64,000 nt of DNA from an uncultured Spirochaetota bacterium (GTDB lineage: Bacteria; Bacteroidota; Bacteroidia; Bacteroidales; Bacteroidaceae): the NCBI GenBank assembly GCA_963639575.1, contig CAVHUR010000009.1:1477-65476 (forward strand), read 5' to 3'. A program made the translations under genes and the position numbers. Shown here in pieces: positions 19,576 to 27,475 of the stretch (its first letter is position 1; every line of letters starts with the position of its first letter). A model generated the notes under the pieces. That model was not told the origin of the DNA, ran no database searches, and worked only from the letters and a program-made list of their open reading frames with translations.

Positions 19576-20160
19576 ATGGAAATAACAAAGACAGCGATAG
19601 ACGGCGTGCTCATCATCGAGCCGCGTGTGTTCAATGACGCGAGGGGCTACTTTTTCGAGTCGTTCTCGCAGCGTGAGTTCGACGAGAAAGTGACGCCCGT
19701 ACTGGGCCACAGCATACGCTTCGTGCAGGACAACGAGTCCATGTCGTCCTACGGAGTGATGCGCGGACTGCACTATCAGCGCATGCCCTACACGCAGAGC
19801 AAGCTCGTGAGGTGCGTGCGCGGCGCCGTCCTCGACGTGGCGGTGGACATCCGCAAGGGCTCTCCCACGTTCGGACAGCACGTGGCAGTGGAGCTGACGG
19901 AGGACAACCACCGCCAGTTCTTCATCCCGAGGGGCTTCGCCCACGGCTTTGCGGTGCTCAGTGACACGGCGGTATTCCAGTACAAGTGCGACGAGTTCTA
20001 TCATCCCGAGGCTGACGGAGGCATCAACATCAAGGACGAAACGCTGGGCATAGACTGGCGGATACCCGTGGACAAGGCGGTTCTCAGCGAGAAAGACCTG
20101 AAGCACGCCATGCTGCGTGATGCCGTGACGGACTTCAGCATCGGCGACAAACTGTATTGA
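19576..20160 (+). CDS. rfbC: dTDP-4-dehydrorhamnose 3,5-epimerase
   Basis: DARGYFFE, FVQDNES.S..GVMRGLHYQ, DVAVDIRKGSPTFG and GFAHGF motifs. Confidence 0.96.
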   Translation: MEITKTAIDGVLIIEPRVFNDARGYFFESFSQREFDEKVTPVLGHSIRFVQDNESMSSYGVMRGLHYQRMPYTQSKLVRCVRGAVLDVAVDIRKGSPTFGQHVAVELTEDNHRQFFIPRGFAHGFAVLSDTAVFQYKCDEFYHPEADGGINIKDETLGIDWRIPVDKAVLSEKDLKHAMLRDAVTDFSIGDKLY

Positions 20161-20183
20161 CGCAGAAAGGGAGCACTGCTTTT

Positions 20184-20516
20184 ATGCCTACAGTTGTAGC
20201 AAGGTTCGAACCGAGCAAGCGCCATCCCGACCGCGGGGTGGTGTATTACCGTATATATAAAGGGCACAACCGCCGCATGGAATTTTCCTCGCGCCTCTCT
20301 CTGCCGACGGCTTCGTGGGACAGGGAGGCGAGGACTTTCACCGGCGACAGTCCCGAGGTGTGCGCCGCCCGCCAGCGGATAGAGGAGGACCTCGGTATGT
20401 TGCGTGACATCATCGCCGAGGACACATGGGACGCGATGTCCATGGGCGACGTCGTGGCGGAGTTCAAGCGGCGCAAGGCGGTAGAGCGACGGGAACGAAT
20501 GTTCTGTTTTGTTTGA
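20184..20516 (+). pseudogene. Stand-alone/truncated N-terminal arm-binding domain of a Bacteroidales tyrosine integrase
   Basis: MPTVVARFEPS...G.VYYRIY....R.......L....WD resembles integrase N-termini; no catalytic domain follows. The stop codon lies inside a REP hairpin. Confidence 0.5.
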
Positions 20517-20630
20517 CGCGGGGACGCGTCAACTACTATTGTTAGTAGTTGCAGCGTCCTCGCTGCACCATGCTTGTTAGCGAAGGAATTAGAGAATTGT
20601 TTGACGCGGGGACGCGTCAACTACTACAAT

Positions 20631-20675
20631 AACAACGGAGGTGGGGACAGATAGACTGTCCCCACCTCCGTTGTT
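20631..20675. terminator. Long hairpin, probable terminator for the convergent genes
   Basis: AACAACGGAGGTGGGGACAG-ATAGA-CTGTCCCCACCTCCGTTGTT, a perfect 20-bp stem. Confidence 0.6.
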
Positions 20676-20742
20676 ATAATGGTGTGCCTCTATTATTATA
20701 AAGGTGTGCCGCCGCGGCGGACACACCGTTTGCCGCTTGCTG

Positions 20743-20901
20743 TTACTCCTCTTCCTCAAACACCCACTCGGGTACTTCCTTCGAGAGTACCGGTTTTGTG
20801 GAGTCGGCGGGAGTGCTGTTCACAGACGTGCAGATTATGTCGCATGCGCCCATGGCTACGATCTCGGCAGCCGGAGCGGTGTATTTCTTTGTGTTGTTCA
20901 T
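20743..20901 (-). CDS. Small 52-aa 'KKYxxP' peptide, paralog of 10455..10613
   Basis: Manual translation: MNNTKKYTAPAAEIVAMGACDIICTSVNSTPADSTKPVLSKEVPEWVFEEEE*. Confidence 0.72.
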   Translation of the reverse strand: MNNTKKYTAPAAEIVAMGACDIICTSVNSTPADSTKPVLSKEVPEWVFEEEE

Positions 20902-20921
20902 ATCGTGTTGTGCGTTACAGG

Positions 20922-23636
20922 TTATTTTACTATGAATTTCTTGCCGTTCTTGATGTAGATGCCCTTGGTCATGTCGGCAGGGTTGACCTTCACTCCGCTG
21001 AGCGTGTAGATGTCGTCGGAGGCGGTGTCAGCGCCGATGTTGTCGATGCCGGTGGTCTCGCTGTCGCTGAAGAACAGTGCCTTCGACTGTGATGACATGT
21101 CTTTGAGATAAGCCTTGCCGGCAGGACAGGTGATGGGATCGGCGTCGGTGACGATGTAGAAAGCCACGCCGCTGGTCTGGTTCTGCATGACGTAAGCGCC
21201 GGCAGGAACGCTTGTGGCCTCACTGCAACCCACGAGTTTGTTGCTCTCGTTCTTTGTCGGTGCGAGCAGAGAGTGTGTGTACACCTTGTATTCGCCTGCC
21301 TTGCCGTTGAGGAGAACGCCCTCGCCCTCGGCTATCACGGCAGCGTCGGTCTCGGTCAGGGTAGTGCCGTTCTCTTCAGTTCCGGTGATATACTTCGTCA
21401 CGGTGCCGTCGCCCACGACACAGTTTGCCGTAGCGCAGTAGGTGCCTTTGCCTGCTTCGGTGATTGTGACGGTATTGCCGGTGTCGGTAAGTTTGAGGTA
21501 TGTCACCGAGACATCACTCAGTGAAGCCATCATACCGGTGTTGGTCAGCGTGACTGAAGGTGCGAATCCTGTCCATGAGATTACTCCGTAGGCCGTCGTG
21601 AGCGCCGTGTTGTCGGCGGCAACCCATGTGCCGGTGTTTGTCGAAGCGTTGGTGAGGGTCAGCTCCACCTTGGTGACGATGTAGCCTTCGTTGGCTGTCG
21701 CTGTCACGTTGGAGTTGCCGAAGACGGCTATGTCCTTGCCCCTGCCTTTGGCATTGTCGAACTTCAGGTTGACGACATATCTGCTGACAGACCATGCTGT
21801 GGCCTCGTCAGTGCCCTTGCCCTGGATGTCTTCGTCACTGTACAGGAATATCCTGGTGGACTCGTGGTCAGTAGAGTAGCACTTCAGATAGTATGTATAA
21901 GGTGTCGCAGCGGCGTATTCTTCGCCTTTGGTGGCGGAAATGGTGATGACGGTATGTCCTTTTGATATGCCCGTCAGGGTGTATTTCTGTGTTGTGGCGT
22001 CATAGACGACAGAGACTACGTCGGGGTTGGACGAAGTGACGGACACCGTGCCGTCGCCCTCATAGTACACTTGGTAGGTGTCAGTGCCGCCGACACCGAG
22101 GTCCGACGCAGGTATATAAATTCCGGAAGAGCCCTTTTCGTTGAGATCGAGGTATGCTTCCTTGGTCAGGGTGGTCACCTCTGTGGGCACGAGTGTCACG
22201 CCGTTGTAATAGCCCACGATACCTGTCACGTCGTATTTGTAGTCGTCGGTGAACTTGAAGGCAGTCTCCAGGTCGTCGGCGTAGGTAATCTTGTTGCCGT
22301 CACTGTCGATGAAGAAGTGCACGTCACCGTCGGTGCCGTAGGTGACATTCTTGACAGTGACATACTCGCAGAGGTTCTTCTTCTGGATGCTGCTAATGGT
22401 CGTCTCCGTCGGAGAGAGTGTTTCGCCGTCGGTGATGGTCAGTTTGTCGGTGGAGAAATCCTTGATAGCGTAGGCACTGTTGTTGAGGCACAGTATGGCG
22501 TCGGGGATTTCTCCGCTGATGACATTGCCGGTCTTGAGAGCGTTGTCCTCGTCATAGATCATGATGCCGCACGTTCCGTCGCTGACATAAGCCCAGTTGC
22601 CGTGCTTTGCCGTCACCCGTACATTGGTGAACGTGAGTGCTGCCGGGATGTTCTCCAGCGGGTTCTTGTCTATCGTTCCCTGCATGTCGCTGATGTATGC
22701 GCACTCGGCCTTGATGGTGAGAGTGTATTTGCCGGAGCTTGCGGCGAACGTGCCGTTGCCGGCATAGCTGGCTATGATGTCGGTGCTTCCGCAGCCAAGG
22801 ATGGAGAAATCTCCTGCGTTGTCGAATTTAATGACATTCGCGTTGCTGCTGGTATAGGTCACTTCGGCATCGGCGATGGCAACGCCGTCGGCAGAGACGG
22901 TAGCCGTAGGCCACTCTATCTGTTCTCCGTAAGTCATGTTGACCTTTGAGTTGGTCACTCCGCTGAATGCCGTTTTCGTGGCAATAGGTTCTCTTTCGGG
23001 AGCAGTAGTGACCGTTATGGGATAGAATGCCAAGGCGTTGGTGTAGCTGATGATACCCGTCATGTCATACATGGTGCCGCTGGTGAGGCCGGGTTTGATG
23101 TCCAGTCCGTCGAGGCAGTATATGTGTTTCTTGTCCGGGTCGGTTATTGTGCCGGCGCCGTCCTCCACGGTATAGGTGACGCTCTTTAGGGTTACATAGC
23201 GGCCGGTGTTTGCTTTTGTGACGCTGTTGATTGTCAGCAAGGCCGGTGTCAGTTCGTTGTCGCGGGTGACGGTCAGTCCTTCCGCATTTATGATGCCTTT
23301 GATGGCGTAAGCTCCGTCGACCATGCACAGTGTGACTTCAGCCTTTGTGCCGGTGATGATGTCGCCTTTCTTGAAAAGGCTGTAGTTGTCGTAGATGATG
23401 ACACCGTAAGTTCCGTCGGTGGCATAGGCTTTTTTGTCGTACACTGCGGTCACATACACCTTGTCCTCAAAGGTGATGTTCGCCGTGACGTTGGCCGTCG
23501 GGTCTTCGTCAATCTTCTCCTGTATGGCTTTCATGCCGGTGCAGTCGACCGCCGTGGCAGCGGTGTCGGCAAAAGTCTGGAGGCCTATGAGCATGAACAG
23601 GATGCCCATGAGGACTTTCTGGATGTTTGTTTTCAT
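20922..23636 (-). CDS. T9SS-secreted multidomain surface protein, paralog of 10634..13186
   Basis: Signal peptide, an internally duplicated ~180-aa module, Ig-like TYTSSNANV / VTSSNPDVV motifs, and a C-terminal ~185 aa essentially identical to the 850-aa paralog. Confidence 0.82.
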   Translation of the reverse strand: MKTNIQKVLMGILFMLIGLQTFADTAATAVDCTGMKAIQEKIDEDPTANVTANITFEDKVYVTAVYDKKAYATDGTYGVIIYDNYSLFKKGDIITGTKAEVTLCMVDGAYAIKGIINAEGLTVTRDNELTPALLTINSVTKANTGRYVTLKSVTYTVEDGAGTITDPDKKHIYCLDGLDIKPGLTSGTMYDMTGIISYTNALAFYPITVTTAPEREPIATKTAFSGVTNSKVNMTYGEQIEWPTATVSADGVAIADAEVTYTSSNANVIKFDNAGDFSILGCGSTDIIASYAGNGTFAASSGKYTLTIKAECAYISDMQGTIDKNPLENIPAALTFTNVRVTAKHGNWAYVSDGTCGIMIYDEDNALKTGNVISGEIPDAILCLNNSAYAIKDFSTDKLTITDGETLSPTETTISSIQKKNLCEYVTVKNVTYGTDGDVHFFIDSDGNKITYADDLETAFKFTDDYKYDVTGIVGYYNGVTLVPTEVTTLTKEAYLDLNEKGSSGIYIPASDLGVGGTDTYQVYYEGDGTVSVTSSNPDVVSVVYDATTQKYTLTGISKGHTVITISATKGEEYAAATPYTYYLKCYSTDHESTRIFLYSDEDIQGKGTDEATAWSVSRYVVNLKFDNAKGRGKDIAVFGNSNVTATANEGYIVTKVELTLTNASTNTGTWVAADNTALTTAYGVISWTGFAPSVTLTNTGMMASLSDVSVTYLKLTDTGNTVTITEAGKGTYCATANCVVGDGTVTKYITGTEENGTTLTETDAAVIAEGEGVLLNGKAGEYKVYTHSLLAPTKNESNKLVGCSEATSVPAGAYVMQNQTSGVAFYIVTDADPITCPAGKAYLKDMSSQSKALFFSDSETTGIDNIGADTASDDIYTLSGVKVNPADMTKGIYIKNGKKFIVK

Positions 23637-23882
23637 AGATGCTGTATTTGTCGTTTTGTTGTTGTCGGCAGTGCGTTTCCTCGCCGCAAAGGGCGGTCGC
23701 CCGCATCAGATGCCTGCGCCGGTTTCTCCGAAAACGGTGTCTGCCGGCGGCAGAGATGTCTGTGCGTGAGCCTGTTAAACGGCAAAGTTAATGTCCGGCA
23801 GGCGTAAATCCGTCTTTCTGCCCCGTTCTTTTTCTTTCGGGGGGGGTAATTAATGATTTACATTAATTATGGGCGGTATTTA

Positions 23883-24027
23883 CGCTGCACCGTCTTCGGT
23901 TTGACGCGAGGACGCGTCAACTACTACGGTTAGTAGGTGCAGCGTCCCCGCTGCACCCTTTTGGTATGCGGAAAACGTGTTTGGGGGATGCGGCGGGGAC
24001 GCCGCAACTACTATGATTAGTAGGTGC
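23883..24027. repeat. GTAG-type REP cluster
   Basis: TTGACGCGAGGACGCGTCAACTAC, GTAGGTGCAGCGTCCCCGCTGCACC and TGCGGCGGGGACGCCGCAACTAC. Confidence 0.85.
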
Positions 24028-24128
24028 TTTTGCGGCAAGAATACCCCAATCGGAAAGAAAAATTCGCTTTTTTTGCGAATATTCGGAAGGAAAGCAGTAT
24101 CTTTGCACAGTGTTAAAACGGCAGTATT

Positions 24129-24446
24129 GTGGAAATTACGTTTGAGGAAGACTATCTCCGTGAGTTGTACTATGAGGGGAAAGCACACAACAAGAAGTAC
24201 CGCTTCCAGCCCCAAATAGTCAAAAAGTACGTCCGTGTGATAGACCTCATGGAGTCGCTGGACTGCACGGAGGATTTCTATCGTTACAAGTCGCTGCACT
24301 ATGAGGCTCTTGCCGGAGACAAGAAAGACCGTGAATCCGTCAGGGTCAATGACCAATACAGGATAGAATTCCGTTCGGAGGTCACCGAAAAAGAACGCAG
24401 GATTACCGTTTGTAACATTTTGGAATTGTCAAACCACTATAAATAA
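24129..24446 (+). CDS. RelE/HigB-like (plasmid maintenance killer family) toxin
   Basis: MEITF...L.ELY..G; SLHYEALAGDKK...SVRVNDQYRIEF; ELSNHY; toxin-first order; TATCTTTG promoter near 24098. Confidence 0.88.
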   Translation: MEITFEEDYLRELYYEGKAHNKKYRFQPQIVKKYVRVIDLMESLDCTEDFYRYKSLHYEALAGDKKDRESVRVNDQYRIEFRSEVTEKERRITVCNILELSNHYK

Positions 24447-24456
24447 GGAATACATT

Positions 24457-24768
24457 ATGTCGGATTTGGGCTTTGGTTATTATCCTACACATCCGGGCGA
24501 AATACTGAAAGAAGAGCTGGAAGAGCGCGGTATCTCGCAACGGAAGTTCGCCGAAAGCATCGGCATGGGCTATTCGGTACTCAACGAAATACTTAACGGG
24601 CGTCGCCCTGTCACCACCGCTACGGCTCTGATATTTGAGGCTGCGCTTGACATTCCTGCCGATTCGTTGCTGAAATTGCAGATGAAATACAACATGCATA
24701 CGGCGAAACGAGACAATGCTCTGGTGGAGAAACTGGCGCAAATACGCCGCATCGCAGCAATGTTGTAG
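24457..24768 (+). CDS. higA: HigA-family antitoxin
   Basis: PTHPGEILKEELEERGISQ...LNEILNGRRPVT...LQ.KYN. Confidence 0.9.
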   Translation: MSDLGFGYYPTHPGEILKEELEERGISQRKFAESIGMGYSVLNEILNGRRPVTTATALIFEAALDIPADSLLKLQMKYNMHTAKRDNALVEKLAQIRRIAAML

Positions 24769-24832
24769 CCGGTAGCATCCGCGCCGCAAGTACAAAGTTT
24801 CCGCTGTGATGCGCTTTCTTGCGTCTTGAAAT

Positions 24833-24913
24833 AGTAGGTGCAGCGTCCCCGCTGCACCCTTTTTGTGGACGGAAAATGTGTTTTTGGTTTGACGCGGGGA
24901 TGCGTCAACTACT
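24833..24913. repeat. Inverted GTAG-type REP pair (REPIN-like)
   Basis: GTAGGTGCAGCGTCCCCGCTGCACC...TTGACGCGGGGATGCGTCAACTAC. Confidence 0.85.
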
Positions 24914-24949
24914 ATGATTGCGGTTGCTTTTGCCCGGAATTTCTGTGGG

Positions 24950-25032
24950 TTCGTGCGAAAAAATGTGCCGAACCGCTTGATATTCGTGCGAAAAAATGTA
25001 CTTTTACACCGAATATTCGTGCGAAAAAATGT
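24950..25032 (+). repeat. Three identical 17-bp direct repeats at 33-bp period upstream of AAA/DUF4143 gene
   Basis: TTCGTGCGAAAAAATGT at 24950, 24983 and 25016; ATG at 25036. Confidence 0.88.
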
Positions 25033-25035
25033 GAT

Positions 25036-26325
25036 ATGAAAAGAAAAGTATTGTCCCAACTTGTGGAATGGAAGAACCGTGCCGGTCGTAAGCCTTTGAT
25101 ACTCAACGGTGCAAGACAGGTAGGTAAGACCTATATACTTCGGGAGTTTGGTCAGCAGTATTATGAGAAAATGGCGTATGTCAACTGTGACAAGAATGAG
25201 ATGGTGGCCAAGATATTCGCCCAAGACTATAACATGAAGCGCATCATTCTCGCCTTGTCTGCATTGCTGCACGTCAATATCGAACCTCACAACACATTGA
25301 TTGTCTTTGATGAAATACAGGAGAATCCGGTGGTTCTCAACTCGTTGAAGTACTTCTGTGAGGATGCACCGGAGTATCATGTGGCGGTGGCAGGTTCGCT
25401 TTTGGGCATATCCCTTCATGGAGGAGTGTCTTTTCCTGTCGGCAAGGTGGACATGATAAAGATGTATCCGATGACCTTTGAGGAGTATCTCATGGCTATC
25501 GGGGAAGATGCGTTGACCGACGTGCTTGCGTCAAAGGACTTCTCTCTCATCGACTCTCTGGCGCTCCGCTTCATCGATTGCCTGCGCCAGTACTATTATG
25601 TGGGCGGCATGCCGGCGGTAGTAAAGGAGTTTGCAGAGCACGGAAACCTGGAGGAAGTGCGCCGCATACAGAAGCAGATACTGTTTGACTACCAGCGTGA
25701 CTTCTCCAAACACGCCCCTTCGCAAGACGTGCCGCGCATCAATATGGTGTGGAACTCCATTCCCTCGCAGCTGGCAAAGGAGAACAGGAAGTTCGTTTTC
25801 GGCGCATTGAAGAAAGGAGCACGTGCCTCGGAGTTTGAGATGGCCATACAATGGCTGAAGGATGCAGGTCTGGTCTATCAGGTGAACAGGGTGTCTATGC
25901 CGGGAATGCCGCTGAAGTTCTATGCGGAAAACACCGTGTTCAAGTTGTTTGTCCTGGATGTCGGTCTGATGGGAGCTATGGTGGATGCACCTGCGGAAAG
26001 CGTTTTGGTGGCGGACACTCTGTTCAAGGAATACAAAGGGGCGTTCACCGAGTTGTTTGTATTGACACAACTGATGCCTTTTGAATTGCCTATATATTAT
26101 TTCAGCAGTAATGATTCGAGGGTGGAAATAGACCTTGTGGTTCAGCATGGAACAAAGATTGTCCCGATAGAAGTCAAGGCTGAGGAGAACGTGCACTCCA
26201 AATCGCTCCGCACATTTGTGTCAAAATACCCGGAGTTAAAGGGACTGCGGTTGTCCATGAAACCATATATGGACCAAGACTGGATGACAAACAAACCTCT
26301 TTATGCTGTGGGCAACTGGCTGTAA
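25036..26325 (+). CDS. AAA_14 ATPase with DUF4143 C-terminus
   Basis: MKRKVLSQLVEWK, GARQVGKT, VFDEIQ, AGSLLG, YPMTFEE, VGGMP and EIDL...PIEVKA motifs. Confidence 0.9.
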   Translation: MKRKVLSQLVEWKNRAGRKPLILNGARQVGKTYILREFGQQYYEKMAYVNCDKNEMVAKIFAQDYNMKRIILALSALLHVNIEPHNTLIVFDEIQENPVVLNSLKYFCEDAPEYHVAVAGSLLGISLHGGVSFPVGKVDMIKMYPMTFEEYLMAIGEDALTDVLASKDFSLIDSLALRFIDCLRQYYYVGGMPAVVKEFAEHGNLEEVRRIQKQILFDYQRDFSKHAPSQDVPRINMVWNSIPSQLAKENRKFVFGALKKGARASEFEMAIQWLKDAGLVYQVNRVSMPGMPLKFYAENTVFKLFVLDVGLMGAMVDAPAESVLVADTLFKEYKGAFTELFVLTQLMPFELPIYYFSSNDSRVEIDLVVQHGTKIVPIEVKAEENVHSKSLRTFVSKYPELKGLRLSMKPYMDQDWMTNKPLYAVGNWL

Positions 26326-26425
26326 ATCTTTGTTTTGCCACGGCACTTGCAGTGTTTAGGCGGAATAAACTTACAGTTGCTGTTGGCCGGAAACGTTTTT
26401 CCAAAGAAAAATGGGGTGCGCTCGC

Positions 26426-27475
26426 CTATTGCTTGGCGAGCGCGCTCCATTTGCGTTTGCCCCTGACATGAAACTGCCAGAGCAGGGACAGGGGGGAGGT
26501 GTCGTGCGTGTGGGGCAGGCGGCGACGGCCCTGTATGGTGTGGCGCTGGGCGGTGAAAGACTTCTTCCACCTATTATAATCGCGGCGCGCGCGTAGGACA
26601 GCCTTGGCGTCACCCGTCTTTCCGGTCAGCAAAAACTGCGCTGCCGCTACGATGTCGAGCACAAAACGCATGCACATGACACTGCGGAGACGCTCCTCGG
26701 GCAGGTCTTTGTAGAGCATGGTGAGGTTGTTGCGGAAATTGAGATACGTCTTGTAGGGGTTGCTTTTCGGCAGAGACGCACCGCCGACATGATATACACG
26801 GCTCGCAGGAACACACACTATCCGCCTCCCGGCAATCCTCAGCCGCCAGCAGAAGTCTATCTCCTCGCAGTGGGCAAAGAAGCGTCCGTCAAGTCCGCCC
26901 ACGGAACGGAAATCACAAGAGCGCACCATGAGGCAAGCCCCCGTGGCCCAATGAACCTCCATGGGGCTGTCGTACTGTCCGCAGTCGTCCTCCACACAGT
27001 CGAAGAGACGCCCCCGGCAATAGGGATAGCCGTATCTGTCGACAAAGCCTCCTGCCGCCCCCGCATATTCGAAACGTGATGTGCGGCAGTTGCCGTCGGC
27101 GGCATTGATGTCGTATTTCAGCAGTTTGGGCTGTACCGCCGCCACGTCGGGGTGTGCGTCCATGTAGTCCGTGAGCGGCTGAAGCCAGCCCTCGGGCGTG
27201 TCCACATCGCTGTTGAGAAGCACGAAATAGTCCGCTTCCACTTGCGCCAGAGCCTTGTTGTATCCCTCGGCAAACCCGAAGTTGCGGTCGAGGATGATGG
27301 TTCTCACCTGCGGAAACTCATCCCGGAGCACCTGCAGCGAGTTGTCCGTAGAGGCGTTGTCGGCGACAATCACCTCGCAAGAGTCCGACTGCGAGTTGGC
27401 TACAACATCCGGAAGAAACCGCCTGAGCATGGCGGCTCCGTTCCAGTTGAGTATGACGACGGCAGTCCTTGTCAT
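26426..27475 (-). CDS. GT2 family glycosyltransferase
   Basis: VVILNWNG, VADNASTD, NFGFAEGYN, LLNSD, WATGAC and EEIDFCWR motifs. Confidence 0.92.
   Translation of the reverse strand: MTRTAVVILNWNGAAMLRRFLPDVVANSQSDSCEVIVADNASTDNSLQVLRDEFPQVRTIILDRNFGFAEGYNKALAQVEADYFVLLNSDVDTPEGWLQPLTDYMDAHPDVAAVQPKLLKYDINAADGNCRTSRFEYAGAAGGFVDRYGYPYCRGRLFDCVEDDCGQYDSPMEVHWATGACLMVRSCDFRSVGGLDGRFFAHCEEIDFCWRLRIAGRRIVCVPASRVYHVGGASLPKSNPYKTYLNFRNNLTMLYKDLPEERLRSVMCMRFVLDIVAAAQFLLTGKTGDAKAVLRARRDYNRWKKSFTAQRHTIQGRRRLPHTHDTSPLSLLWQFHVRGKRKWSALAKQ

Larger units (their letters stand above)
20512..21491. repeat. Copy 2 of the ~0.96-kb direct duplication, beginning in a REP cluster (20512-20624)
   Basis: Matches 10246-11203 apart from scattered SNPs, a ~22-bp indel near 20676-20697 and the variable block in the peptide ORF. 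Confidence 0.9.

Noticed and set aside
19099..19637. Cluster of 100-160 aa ORFs between the Na/Pi gene and rfbC
   Set aside because: They arise from low-complexity palindromic and tandem repeats in a divergent promoter region; the translations are not protein-like.
10455..21491. Diversity-generating retroelement (TR/VR pair)
   Set aside because: No reverse transcriptase in the window, and the differences between copies are not confined to adenine positions.
24950..25032. Mini-CRISPR or plasmid replication iterons
   Set aside because: Spacers are only 16 bp, there are just three units, and no cas or rep gene is present. Kept as an operator-like repeat instead.
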